Origin: Lingula anatina
Lineage: Eukaryota > Animalia > Brachiopoda
Reading direction: 5' to 3'
Assembly (NCBI GenBank): GCA_051362555.1
Contig: CM120641.1
Coordinates: 36,214,401-36,278,400 of the forward strand
DNA length: 64,000 nt
The first letter of the stretch is position 1. The number at the start of each line of letters is the position of its first letter. The notes below the pieces were generated by a model that saw only the letters and a program-made list of their open reading frames with translations, was not told the DNA's origin and did no database searches. Positions 37,801-52,800 of the stretch are shown piece after piece. Position numbers and translations under genes: made by a program.

Positions 37801-40800
37801 TTTAAAGAAAATGAGACATAAATGATGCTTTTGATAAAAAATGAAAATGACTTGATCATTTTTTCTGTTCATTGGGTGAAAGATTAATAACTGAGTTCAC
37901 TAAACAAATTATATCAACCTAAGAGTAATATCACTCTCTAGCATATGATGTCTTAGGAAATGGTAACTTCAATTGTTTGCTGCAAATCATCAGCATTTAT
38001 GCTCAAGAGGCACCAATTACCCTAAAGAGAATATGATCTAGCTACTCACGACAGATTCTCCAGATTTCCAACACGCAATATTGACATGTCTAGCATGCAG
38101 TATGCCCCTGGAAACTTTTTGCCTTCATCTTCCATCCGCTTTTACTATTATCCCTTGAGAATGCCTTTGAAAGCATTTCTCTGTGTTGATCATTTCTCTT
38201 TACTGTGAGTTCTGAGAACAGTGGGCATACTTTTTACTCTCAAACATTGTATGTACTTAAAGATAGGGGCAAAGGAAATTAAGCAAAAGACGAGAGAGAA
38301 GAAGGATATTCCATTAAAATGCTCCCAATTGCAAGAAACATCTTATAAAAACAAAATTGCATTTGCAATGCAGAATTGCTTTTGTACAGTAATGGCAAAA
38401 TAAAAACACGAAATAACAAAGGTTCTGGTTTGTGACATAGAAAAATATGTTTAATTGAGCATGACTGTATAGCTAATAGAAAAATATTAGATTCACCACT
38501 TAAATCCATCCTGTCTGCCATTATGACCCGAGGAATCATAAGCATGACCGTGCAGATTATGAAATCTCATCTGTGTGGAAAACTTCCACAACATCAGTCA
38601 AGTTAACAACTTTGAGGCGAAGTATTTCAACAAGAGACTCATTCCACTGATACTGCAATTCCCCACCCCCCTCCCCCCTGAATGCATACATATACACTTG
38701 TTAAATTAAACAGCAAAGCTGGTAAACATACAGTACAATTCTACTATGGTCATGTAGATAGTTACTGATAGGGTTTAGGAATGAAAGAAAACTCTGAATT
38801 TTGAGTGAATTTTGAATACTTTATCTTAACACACAATGTAAAGTTCACCTCTTTCAAAACACAATCTATACACACTCAAGACCTTTAAAAATTTTGTGAA
38901 ACCTAATTGAAATTCAATACAATCTCTTCCAATAATGTTTTTATAATAATGATTTAAAATGTCCATGTTTTACCACATCTAAATACATGTTTTAAATACA
39001 TACATACATACATACATACATACATACATACATACATACACTGTATGTTTTAAATAAATGGTAAACCATAATAGAAACCAAATACGAAACTACTACCACC
39101 TGTTGTGGTTACATATACATCAAAGTTAACATTTTCTACCTCAAGGTCACATTTAGAAATGCCACAGTCACTGTCTCAGATTATTAGGTAGCATGATATC
39201 TTTTTATTTCATTGCTGTGTATAGACACTGTTTCATTTTTTTAAAGTTTGGCATTTTCTATTGTAAACTTTGGAACCTATGCCTTTTACCCTGGGATAAA
39301 CATCAACATACTGCGCACAACTCAAGCAAATAAAAATCAATTCTACTGAAATAAAAAAAAATGTAAATATTGTCTTCACTTGAGAATTGATTTATATATA
39401 CAAACAATATTCTTTATCCTCAATTTTTACTGAAATTTTTGCAAATAAAGAATTACTGAGTGACTTTCAAAACAATACTGGCAACATGGATTAAATAGTC
39501 AGAAAGATTGCTGGCCCCATACAACAAAGACATACCCTAAGTCATCATTTAAACAATGACTAAGAATCAAGCTGACAATCAGACACATACACTTGATCCA
39601 TTTTCTCTATTCTGTCTTTTATTTTTGAAAGATCTTCACTCAATATGACAAATTTCCCTCCAGGGGCACATTGCACACTGTATGCAGCTCATTAAAACTT
39701 TTCTTTTCTCTTGACATGTAAATCTTGTCTTGGCCTGGTTCATTCTGAGTATGTAGGAAAAAAAAAGCTTATATTGGTATTTCATGTACTGAAATGTTTT
39801 AAAACAAATTCTGAAAAAAAAACTATTGTAAATGAGCATTGTATTTCAGAAAAAAAAACGTTTTGAAAAGTCCATCAAAATCTGCATATTGTTTGTGAAC
39901 AAATTATCAATATGATTACATATCATTTTGATGTATTGTTCACAGTTGTGAGGTACCAAGTAAAAAAAAAAAACTCTTTCTTAATCAAACTGACTAGGGA
40001 TAGATAGCTCGAGTAATAACCAAGATGCCAGGATTACCTGGGCAAGATACTGACATGACTTTCAACATTTCCTACAATGTGGAAGAGTTGCCAAATCTCC
40101 ATTTACAAACCACAATTAATGCATTTTTCAAGTGGACATGGTGCATACTGCAAAAACCTCTTGAGACATTATATACCTCTAAACCCCCCCCCCCCCCCCA
40201 CACACACACACACACACACATAAGGGTTTTTCACTACAGCAAGCAAAGCATGTGGACTGCAGGATTTTGCCAATACAAACAGGGTAAACCCTCCTGCTTC
40301 AGGTGGCTATGTAGTGAAGGTAGAATTGAAGCAGCTACCATCTTTATGATGTTCTTTGGTATGACCTGGATGGGTATAGAACTCACTCCACTCCACTTAC
40401 TTACTGGAGGTGAAAAAACTGCTATTTGAGCAATACGGTCGATTATGTGACATGCTTCAATGAATTAAACAATTAATGACAAACAAATCTTAATACCGTT
40501 TGAAAAGAAATTGAAACTTTAAATATGGAAAAACACTTTGTCTAAATAAGATAAAACAATCTGTTTTTTCACAACTTAAAGTTCTGTAGACCAATATCTG
40601 GCGTTTCTAGTACAGTTAATAAGAAATAGGTGCAATTGGAAAAGAGGAAACATGCATTATTAGAATTACTTTTGATCTTAAACTTAAAAGTCACCTAAGC
40701 CTCATGATATAAAAATTGTATGATGCACGATCATAAATATTATCATTTATCACTTGTAAATTACACTTTATCTTGATATAAATGATGCTCGTATTCAGAA

Positions 40801-43800
40801 AGACTGTGGTTTAAACACAAAACAAATACTGCAATCAATTATCTAAACACTATGTTTTGACATGAGCTCCACTCGCGTGAAGAGAGCACATAATTTGCTG
40901 TTGAAAACTGTTGAAAATTGCTCGTTTGTCAACACTGGAACCAGCATAGTTTTATTTTCCCAAATTAATGGAATATTGATTTTGGTGCTGTATTTCTGTT
41001 ATCAATACCCTGTCCATTTTAATTGCATAAATTCAGAAGCACTTGTCCAATTCTGATCTTTTTTCATGCTTATCTGAATCTGATAGACTGCATTTTGCCT
41101 TAAAGTTATCAAAGCACGGCTTGTTGTATATTCTACATTTAAATAATGTGTGTTTAATTTGTCAAGGAAGTTATCATCACTTTGCCATTGCTTACTAAAG
41201 CACTAGGTTGGTTATCTAATTACAATAAAAAATCAATAAAAAATACACCTGTGTCTATTCTTACATAAAACACAATTTTAACTATAATGAAATATGCACA
41301 CATGACTACAATAAGCTACTAAGGTTATCAAAACCACTGAAATTAAACTTCTCATCAAGGTATCTGGTTCAGGGTAGTTCATAGGTGCTGTATATATAAA
41401 TACAACACTCAATGGAGTGTCATATTTAATGTCAAAACCTAGTATTTGCAATCATGCTTTGAAATATTAACATCTATCATGCCAGTAGCCAGCAATTTCA
41501 AAAGGAATGTTCATTTTTCTGACATAGTGGATCTTTTACCATGAAACTGTCATGTACCTAGATAAAATTTAACCCAGAGGAGACCTTTTCCCAGTAAAAA
41601 AGGGGGATTCTTTCATACCCCCTGACCCCCCCTGACTACGGGCCTGTCTATATTACATATATAACATGTACCTCAACCTTCATTAATTCTGAAGTGTCTG
41701 TCTGTATCATTAGGGCTTAGCCTTAAATCTTTACCATAAGTCAATTATCATAAGTGAAGAAACCTAAATTAACCCCTTCCTTCTGAAAAAAAAAAAAAAA
41801 ATAACCCAAATTTTCTGATATCTAATAAATAAGTCATGTTCAGCAACATGATAAATAAAGAATTAACTAAATACTTTTGACCCTTAGACAAGTTGTTACA
41901 CAGGAGTCAAAAAACTAATAAACCAACAATCTGTGAAACTCTGAACTGCTTTAAATAACAGTATCTCCTATTGTATTTATCTTTCACATGCAATCTTTCA
42001 CTTAAAACAATAGTCCAAAAAGAAACCTTTCTAAAAATAAAGATTTATGCCCAAAGATCCACATTTCATATATCAAATCCAATTGATATTTCAAGAAAAG
42101 GAAAAAAAAAGCCAAAGAAAAAAAGCTCCGACAAACAAAGAAACAATTATCCTTTGAAAGTCATGGAATACGTATTCTGAACATGATCATATTGGATGCT
42201 TTACAGCGTGCCCTAGTGTGATGCATGTCAGGATATGGACTCCTAGTTAAATTACAGCAACCAGGTCCCAGTTTCAGGGGAAAAAAATAAGTCAGTTCCC
42301 TGGCCTAGCTGACTAGGATTTCCATGTCAGAGTGCTGTTACACTGCTCCTGATAGGGCAAGATTTGCCCATGTGACCATGTAATCCTGGTAATTAAGTTC
42401 TTAGTCAGGGAACCCGACTTAAGTTTGTTTTTTTTTTTTTTTATTTTGGAAACTGGGGCCAGTATGGTATTCACACCTGTTCAACATTTAGAGCTGACCG
42501 GCTAGCAATGACCCTACTTTTTATGATAATATTTTCTGTAAGATTAAGATGGCCACCATACTATGAACTGAATAACACTTGTATTACATCATGCAGACAT
42601 TGTTTATAAGTATGTATGATCTCATAATGTTGTTTTTGAATCAATCCCTCCCACCATCATTACATACTCAGTTTTTTTATGGCTCTGTGTACAGTTATTG
42701 ATCAATGGTTCTTGCTGCTTGGGACAAGAAAAAATGACGTAATATGAGTGGGTCTAATAATCAACAGAAATTAAAGAGCAGGAAGCAGATCTAGGCTTTG
42801 TGAAAGATCAAACATCCTAGAATTCGGTTTGATCTTCTATTAATACCTTATATAACATTGCATGAATCATTGGGGAATTCACAGAAATTTACCACACTAA
42901 TGTTTCCTAGTCTACTTATGAAGCCATGTAGTCCATGTAATTCCAATAAATGTCACACCAGACATTCATACACAACAAGTTTCATTCACTGCATAACCAA
43001 TGAAATAGTTTGAGATGATGTCTCACATTTGCCTCACAAAGATATACATTGATATGTGCCAACCCCAGAGTGCATCTAACAAAATTGTGCAATGAACAGA
43101 GAATAACAACTTGAACCTGAATACCACAGAAACCAAGAACATGACTCTAAATTTTACACATTCCATGCTAGACCTCTCACATTAGTTATAAATAATATCT
43201 GTGAGGTAACAAAATCTGGGCTTCTTGGCATTCATATTAGCAATGACCTGAAATAAGGTACTCATGTGGATCAAATGTAGAAAAAAGCATGTGCAAGACT
43301 CCATTTTCTCCATCAACTGAAGCAAGCCAAGCTCAGCTCTGCTAACTTAATCCAAGTTTACCAAAGTATCTCTCTTCATGTGCCATCACCGATTCGGTGT
43401 TTGACGAACGTTGATATTTTGCCAAAGGGTTCTATATCTTACCCATGCCCAAAGGTGTCTTGTTGGTAATTCAAAATTGTCAAGAAAGGTCTTTTGTTGT
43501 CTGCCTCGGAAACTTTTGCCAAGTATTCTACCGCTAAGGCTAAGATCTTCCAATCCCTCTTTTCTGATGCAATGTCCCAAGAATTTCAGTTGTCTATCTC
43601 TGACAGTGTTGAGAAGCTGTCTTTTTTGGTCAATCTGTTTAAGGACCTCTTCATTTGTAACATGATCAATGTAGGAGATTCGGAGCATTCGCCTGTAGAG
43701 CCACATTTCAGCTGTTTCAATGTTACGTGGAGTTTCTGCTGTCAAAGTCCAAGACTCACAGCCATACAGAAGAGTAGACCAGACATAGGTTTTAAGGAGG

Positions 43801-46758
43801 CAGGTCTTCATCTTAAAGGACAGCCCACGATCCTTGAAGATTGGGCTGGGTGAATGCATTTTTCACTTGACCAATTCTTCTTTGGATTTCTGTTCTGCAA
43901 CAAGCTTTGGGTGTCACAAGGGCCTCGAGATAGTTGAATGAGGAGACCTGGTCGCTGGGAGTGTTCCCGTAAGGCAATCTGCAAAGTGGTGTGACCTTTG
44001 ACTTTGAAACCACCATGGTTTTTGTTTTTGTTTTCTTGCTGTTGACATGTAGTCCAAGCTTTGCCTTGGAGGCAACAGCAGCATTAAGAAGTTTTTGGAG
44101 ATCCTCACGCGATGTAGCTAAAAGAACTATATCATCGACATAGCGGAGATTGTTTATCTTGACACCATTGACTGTGACTCCTTCCGGACGATCCTCCAGA
44201 TCTCTCCAGATCATTTGGGAGTATAAGTTCAAAAGGTCTGGGGACATGACACAGCCCTGATGCACTCCTCTTTTGATGGGAAACCAGTTGGTCACGACTT
44301 CAGAAAGGCAGACTGCTTCAAGTTGATCGCAGTAGACTGATCTTATAACCCGCATATCTTTGTCATCTATTTGAATTTTGCAAGCATTTTGAAGAGCTCC
44401 TCAAGTCGGATCTTGTCAAAGGCTTTTTGATAGTCGTAAACCCTGTGCATGTCTTGTTGATGTTGTACGGTTCTCTCGCTAAGCATTCTGAGAACAAATA
44501 TGACATTTCTAGTGCCTCTGTCTTTCATGAAACCAAACTGAGATGGTGGGATTTTTGGCAGAATTTTGCATCATCTGTTGTAAGATGATTTTCAATAGGA
44601 TTTTGAGAATGTCCAACATCAGGCTTATTGTTGGATGACTTGAACAATCAAGTGTCCCTGGGACTTTGGGCAGGGTGATGAAGATGGATTTTGAGTATGT
44701 CCTTCGGAAACTTTCCAGTCTTATAGATTTCATTGACTAGGTTTCAGATCATGTCAGTGCCTTCTTTTCCAAGAGCCTTGGGCATCTCTGTGTAAACCTC
44801 ATCTAGTCCAGCTGCCTTTCTGACTTTCATATTTTGCAGTGCCCACTTCACCTCTGACTTTAGAATTGGTGGACCAGTTTTTGCAGTTTCCAGAACAATT
44901 CCCTCTGGTTCTTGGTCATCATCAAAAAGATCTTGAACGTATTCTTGCCAGTGAGCTGAGATATCTTTACAACACGACCATCGGCAGTTTTAATGCATTT
45001 GGAAGGAGGGGTAGATCATTTACCTACAATCTCGTTGATCTTTTGAAACATTTTCTTGGCAATCTCGACTTCTTTACAATTCTCCTCTTACCAAAGTATA
45101 TTGCGCTCAATTCTAGAATATGCCCACCCAGTGTGGCTGCAGGATTATAAATTTGTTAGAGCAATGCAAACTCTATGAGACTTTGAAAGTTGTGCATTGA
45201 AGATAATTTCCCCTGACTTACACTATGATGAAGCTTTGAACCAGGCAAATATAGGTACTTTAGACAAACACCAAGAAGATCTGTACAAAACTCTCTTTTA
45301 CAAAATAACTGGACCCTCTGACAAACTGAATCACATTTTAATTGAACAATCCAATCATCTTTCAAAATAAAACAATAGATAAAATGTGCCAAAATTTAAG
45401 ATCAATTATTTTGATGCTCCTTTATACCATATGCATTTTTAATTTCTTTTAACTTAGACCCCAATCAGATTCACACAACCTATGAGCTGGGTTGGTCCGA
45501 TTCTGCAGGGAATTCTCACTAAAGTGCAATCAGTAGAAATAGTCTAACATGCCTCCCTGAGCAGCTAGGGGGTAATTGACTATCCTTTGCTGAGTATATC
45601 TAAATGCGCCCATAGTTTCATTCAAACATTAAGCATTTGTTATTATTGAAATGCTCTTAACATTTTATATACAACTTCAACCCACTGGGTTGCAATCTTA
45701 ATAAATTATGTAAACATATCAAAAACAAGCGAAATCATTAAAAAAAAAAACATTCAAAATTTTCTTTGTCATACTAAATAAATACATTTATAAAAGCCAT
45801 TTATTTGACCTAATTGTCAATAAGAAGGAGTAAAAACATGTCATATCCATTATCCTAATTCACAATGACAGAAAAAGACATCCATAAACTTTTGTGTCAC
45901 TGTTTGTCCATTTCTCACTCATATTGGATTAGCCATAATGTAATTTCCCCAATACCTAAATAGAGATATCATCCCAGAGTCATTTATCTTGATCAAACTA
46001 TGCTAAATCAAATGATTTTCAGATTTACTGATATAGAATGTAATAAATCATTTTCAAGAGGAACAGTGAAGGATAATAGGGAAAAAAGAATTAGAATCAT
46101 ATCACTCAATTTGTGATTACATCTGTCTCATGAATTTCCAAGGTGATCAGAAAAAAACCTTTTAAACAAAAGTTAGAAAATGATGTGTCAACCCATTTTA
46201 TCGCATTCCAAGAAATGTGCCCCTGATGGCATTAGTAAAACATATATTTTCTCCAAATATTCCATTATTGATAATCTTCGAGCTGCCACTGACATAAATT
46301 CCCCAAATGAAAATGACAACGGAAGCAGAAAGAGAAGTTATTAGAACACGAACTTGCAATTGCATAACGGCTGAAACCCAATGGATAAAAGCATGCAAAA
46401 ATAACTTCAATAAATTTAATTAGGTTTTTATGCTATGCTGCATCCTTTTTCATAACATAAAAAATGGGGGTGTTTACATTAGCTATCATATAGATTGGAT
46501 ATAAATTGGTTATGGCTAAACCTTGGATGAATAAAATGTTTCATTAGTTCAAGGCAAAACCTACACTGCTCACACGGCACAATTGATTTTGGTTGCATTA
46601 CATAAACAGGGTACACAGCAGGTAGTCAAGTAACCAGGTGAAGTGTGTTCTTTGCTTAGGAGATGTTTCTGAACTTGAAGAAAGTATGTGAGAATCTATA
46701 TAGCTAATACAAGACCTGCTTAGAGCCAATCTAAATGGAATTTCAGGACCAGTCTGGA

Positions 46759-46801
<43 letters not shown>

Positions 46802-49800
46802 GGGGGGGGGGTACAGCACCTTTATAATAACACAGCAATAAGTACATTCAGAGACCTCATGCCCATGTAAGACTCAAGAACCAGCTGTAAAAGCCACTTA
46901 AAAAAACAGCTTCAAAGAGCCAGAACATTTAGAACTTAAATCTTCTCCCAACTTTCAGGAATCAGTCCAAAGAGCACGTTGTGTGAACAGACCCCAAAGT
47001 CGGACCACAGTGAAACACTCCCCAAGAGCTCACTTGGCTATCCGTGTAAGCCATCACAGCTCTCCAGCTGAGCAACATCTCCCCCAGAGACCAGGGCTTA
47101 CTTTACCTCCTGACAAGAACTACATAGCATTGCATTGGTATATCAGTACTGGATCAATACTGTCAAACCTTCACATCTTTCAGATGAAACAGGTTCTTTT
47201 AAAATGGAACTTTGTCGGGTCTTCACAACCTCCTTTGTGTGCAGCCCACAAAGCTTCCAGCTGAGACTGTTTTTTTTTTTTTTTCTTTTTTTTTTTTTTT
47301 AATGAGGTAAAGCAGATTTTTCAAAATGTCCATGTTCATATATTATAACCTACAAAATTTTTTAGCTGAACCACATTCCTCATACACAGAATATAATATT
47401 TTTTACAAATTTCTTTGGCCACCATCCATATACACAATGAAAACAAATTCACATTAAAAAAATATGCTGAATGGATATAAGATCAGCTGACCTGAACTGA
47501 ACAAGAAAAAGATAAACATCCATCAAGAATTAACTTATAATAAACTATTAATTTGTTTTAATATATTTATTAATTTATTATAATTAAATATAATTTATTA
47601 TATCTATTAAATTATTTTACTGAATCCTCCCCAAAATCTAGTCACTTTTAAATTAGCCCATATCTTACCTATCCAGATATTTTAACAAAAACCATTCTTA
47701 ACTTTCTGAGTTAGGCTGGTGACAAACAAACAAACAGACCTGTAGACAGACATACAAACAGTGGTGAAAATATAACCTCCTTAGGGGAGATAAATATCAA
47801 ATATTCACCTGTAATAATTTTTTAATAATTTTCTGCGTGCATAACAGTAATGTGTTAATATGTCATGTTTGGCCAGAAGGGATATGCATGCATGAGAAAC
47901 TTCCCTAATACTGGACATAATTTTATGCTCTGAAACTTGACAAGAACACAAAATAAAGATCTTCTAACAGCAAGGAAACTGCTTGGCTTCATAGGCCAAG
48001 CTACTGTAAATAAACAGATAAGACAGGGTAAATGGTAAATAATTCCCAAGTGCTGCTGGCAATTACATTCAAATCGAGAAATCTCAGCAGAACCATCTAG
48101 GTATCTTATCACAGATCCTAGTCAATAAATGAAATACAATCAAAAATTTAAATCTGCACTTTAGGGATGTTTTAATAAGTCACTGCAATAAACAAAATGA
48201 ATTCTTTATCTTTAAGAGAGATCAAGGGAAAAAGAAAAAATCTTATGAGTTCCCCACAGAACAATGCCATCAAATTCCACATTTGGAATGCAAATATTTA
48301 GCCACTCTGATCACAAAATTAAACTCTCTGTAGATCCATTTTCTTTTATCTAATATCTCTTGTAAAAAGTCAGCATTACAAGCTTAAAATACCACATTTG
48401 CAAGTGAAAAGTCAATGCATGCCTTTATCTGTAACTTCACAGGGAAGTTTTATTGGCAATTTCTAATATTCCCTAGTAGTTGAATTGAAATGAATCAAAT
48501 GTTTTAGAAAAATCAAAATCTCCTCAGAACATGTGAATAAACTGTTTTCATGCAACAGAGTAGGAGTCAGTCGTGTACCATGCTGCACATGTCAAAAACA
48601 AGACTTGGACATGGCGAATCTCGTACTCGTAGATGACATGCATGCATGAGAGATGCCCCACATCAACGTTTTTTGCCTTGTTAAGACAATACACTAAAAA
48701 TAAATATGTTTTTAAGCAACTCCTCAAGAGATGTTTTTCGTAAGTTGACACTTGGTATTTTTAAAATATATTTTGAAGGGTGGTATTTTGCTGCAACCAC
48801 ATTTGGTCATACCCGAAGCATAAAAAAGATAAGCCATTGAACATGTACTCTTACAATGTACTTTTAAAGCCCTCTTGATAACTGCTCACTATGGCACTCA
48901 GGAGTAGAACAAATATACTCACTCATGTGACTCCGGGTCTCATTCAACCACATCCAGACCACATTCAGATCACACTCAGACCAGGAGGATGTAATAATAG
49001 TATTCTTACCATATGACTCCATAATAATGTAAGTTTTATTCTAATTTCATTTATTTATAAAGACTATTGTTTTATTTGCAAGGTGTTTTGTAAGGTGTTT
49101 TGTACTTTTTTTGTTTTAGTGACCAGCAATACAACAACTTACAGCAGTAAGTGAAGTGCAACTCTTAAAATAAAAATACTAAAAAAAAAACAAGCTGCAT
49201 TCAGATAGAGTCGTAAAAAATATCCTGATACAGTATTGAACTTTTAAAGCCTATTTCACATAGAGCTGTATATGTACTTTAACACTACAGCTATACTGTT
49301 ACACTTTGAGAGGTCCTAACACGTAATTATGCTGCAGTGGACTTAAAGGGATAATAACTCTTTGTATGAGATCTATATTTCACAATAAAAACATTGTGAA
49401 TAACACATACAAATATAATATATTCTGTTTTACCACAGAAACAACAGTTAAAGCTATTATTCTGATATCTGAGCTTGTCTTTAGACCACGTGACCTCCAT
49501 TGATGGCTATACTCTGTTAAAATCTCTTAAGAGATTTTAACAAAAAACCAAACTTTTCTAGAAAAAAAACAAGGACTAACTTCGAATGTAAAAATGGATT
49601 CATTAACCATTGGTAAGTATGGGAAAATTGTTGTTTACTCCAGGAAAATTCATTTTTTGACCGAAAGGAAGAGTTATTATCCCTTTAACCTTCTATCACA
49701 AGTTTTCCATGAATTTGCTTACTGCTGCCTAGTAACTTAATTGACCATGATGAATCTCTTATGATATACCCAGGCTATTAAGTTGCTAATTTCTCAAAAC

Positions 49801-52800
49801 ATACTGGTATAGCTGTCCCACTAAAATATACCACTTGATGCAAAAAGGACTCATGTCATCTTGTTGGGTGATATGTGAAAAACTTTTATAATGTGAAACA
49901 ATTGTCACTGGATCTTGAGGCTGATCATCTTATATTTGTAACTTCCCCTGATTAAAGTATTGTTCAATTCTCCAAATGCTCCATTTAAATGCATGGACTG
50001 CTACCACATGAGCACAATGTTACAAAAGTTTCATTTCCACAAGTGGATTTGAAAGTGGCAGAGAATCAATTTCAGCTGAGATCAATTCTAGGCCCTACAC
50101 TTTGGGAAATGAAGTCATCTGCTTGGTGAAAGCACTGAACTAATTAAAGTAATTTTCAGCCATGTTTTGTCAGACACACATTTTCCATGAAAACTGCTTG
50201 ACAATCATCTCTCGGATCTTATTGCAAAAAGTACCTTATATTTCTCTAGTGATAACAAACAGCATTTTTTTCTGACTGAAACCAAGTTAAATGAAATTCA
50301 TAAAACAACATGCAAAAAATGAATAATGCAGTCCAAAGGAAAATAGTGACCCCTTTTAATTTGAAATTTTATACCAAAAATCAATAACTTTGATACAAAG
50401 TAACTTTGCCCTTCCTTATTTGTTCCACCTGTATTTCCTGGGTTCTTGTTTTATATTCAGAATGGCAGCGACACAGAATCAATCAGGGTCATAGCGTATG
50501 CTTATCTCTGAATGAAATTATGGTTTTAGCATCAAAAGTTAAAATTACAACTAAAAACCTGTTTTCAACACACTTTATTTTTATATAATATTCATATCAG
50601 TGCAACATAATTACCTGTGGGACACCCTTAACGCACCTGAAAAAAATTCTCAAATTTTCCTGGCCTGGAAATATTCCCCCTCCCCCCCCCCCTTCAAGGG
50701 GGTTGAGCTCCCTGTGTAACCTTCACATTTTGTCTCATCCACACACTGTACACTTGAAAGCATATGTGAACCAAGTAACTATATATCTTGGCTTTCTTTG
50801 TCCCAGATATGCTCATGAAATATAGTTCAGATGCTGAACTTCCCCCATTTGTTCAATTTTAGAGTGCATGGAGGAAGACAGCCCAGCACCTGTGTTTTAT
50901 ATCATGGGCACACTAAGGAGAAAGAAAGCCAAGATATGTATTATGTGTAAGCAAATGTTATAGGCTTTTGACTTAATGTTACCTTTAACACAATAACATA
51001 CCACAATTCTAGGAAGATGCCGCATTTCTCCAGGACCATACACCCCCGCCAAGCGGAGAGCACAGGTACTCAACACCCTTCCATCTGCAATTTTAGTTCC
51101 ATTAGCTTCCATAACTTTCATTTCTGCAATTGATTTAGTTCTGGAATAGTGGTCTGGATGCTGTAAAATAAATTTGAAGGACAAATATGATACTGTCTGT
51201 GAGGCTATGTTCAATGTTTGTATTTTAGAAAGATTTGAAGACTAAAATTTTCACCATAGGTATATGAGCTGGTTTTGCAATACTGGTAAATTCATTACCA
51301 ACACACCCATACACATGCCACCCAAACAAACACTAACAATAAAATAGATGGTAGAATATTAAGTGAACATTACAGTGACTTTTAACCCCTGGGTATGAGT
51401 AAAAAATATTCTAAATGGTGTAGATAGAAAATCAGCAAATATCTTTAATAGTAAAGTTTTTGCATCTATTGGTGAAATGAGCTGATTTACAAATCCATTG
51501 TTGACCTTTTTTATCATTTATTGCCTCAAAAAAAGTTACTGTCATGGGAGCCCAAGCAAAGAGCAGTTGTGACTCACAGCACACACATTAGTATTAATAC
51601 CCATATCACGTAAAACTGCCTACATACAACTGCCTGCATGTGCCGGCCTTCCTGACAGCACAACTGTTTATCTTTTTTTGTCATTTGAACCTGCTTAATT
51701 ATCTCTTATTTTACTGCAGCTGTGTATATCACAATGCATGTAGGGCTCTGTTTCAGGGATTTTTTTTTCACAATGAACTCTATATTCATAAATTGGGATT
51801 GAAAATCTACACAGCACAGGAAATGCTGGCAATGTTTCTACCACCCACACAGGTGGAACATTGATATACAGGTCTACAAAAATATATACTGATTGCTAAA
51901 ATCATGGGTTTAGCTTCAAAATTCTAAATGTGCCAGCAACGAATTATAATAATTTAGACCCCATTCAGATAGGGGCCTTTCAGAATAAAAGATCCTGGTC
52001 CAAGGCGTCTGGTCGAATGGAGTTGAGATTTAATTACTATGCTTCTGCAGGGACGATGTGTGGGGAGGCGTGTGAGAGGCGGAGAGACCATTACAGGATT
52101 AAGTGGTCTTCCTTTCATGTAGGTCCACCATATTTAAGCCATGGACCAGTTAGCACTCAAATCTTCTCATTCTGAACGGGGCCATAGACACACCATACTA
52201 GTTGGGCTGGTCCAACTCTGCAGGGGATTCTGACTATGTGCAATCAGTGGAATGACCTTTATTGTCTGACATGCATCCTTGAGCAGCTAAGGGGTAATTA
52301 ACTTTTAACTAGCTGCTCGAAGAGGCGTGTGATTCAGTTAAGCCGACTGAACTTAGTGAAAGCCCCATCAGAATTGGACCGACTGAATTAGTATGATGTG
52401 TTCATCTGAATGCTCCCTAACTAATTTGGTTTTATGCCTTTCCCCCTAATCATTGTATACTTTTAATTCATAAACATTTAAAACCTGTACAGCTCAGATA
52501 CCTGTTACAACTCCTTTGTTAATTCCCACTTTATGAACTATTAATTGAATCTGTACTTGTACACTGTATGTGGCTAGCTGTATCTCATCTTGAGTTATAA
52601 TCAGACTGTCAGTGTAATAAGACAATTAGTAAGTCCTCATTGAGCGCATTCGGAAGAGCAGACTAGCATCTGCAGATCTAATATGGCGGCCCATTTAAAA
52701 GCTTGCCGCTTCATTCCCGATTAGACACTGAACAGATTGCCCATGGGGTTTATGCAATAAGCAATCAAGTGGGTTTGCCAGATTTTATCTGAGGATCTGA

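Noticed and set aside
43411-45150. Plus-strand ORFs 43411, 43494 and 44839
   Set aside because: Antisense shadows of the RTE ORF
48951-48972. Antisense match (catccagaccac) to the start of SDR42E1 exon 5
   Set aside because: A 12-nt match to some exon is expected by chance in 64 kb
50615-50636. 22-nt minus-strand poison microexon (tttcag|gtgcgttaa...cag|gtaatt)
   Set aside because: It lies in what looks like a degenerate repeat end and there is no independent evidence
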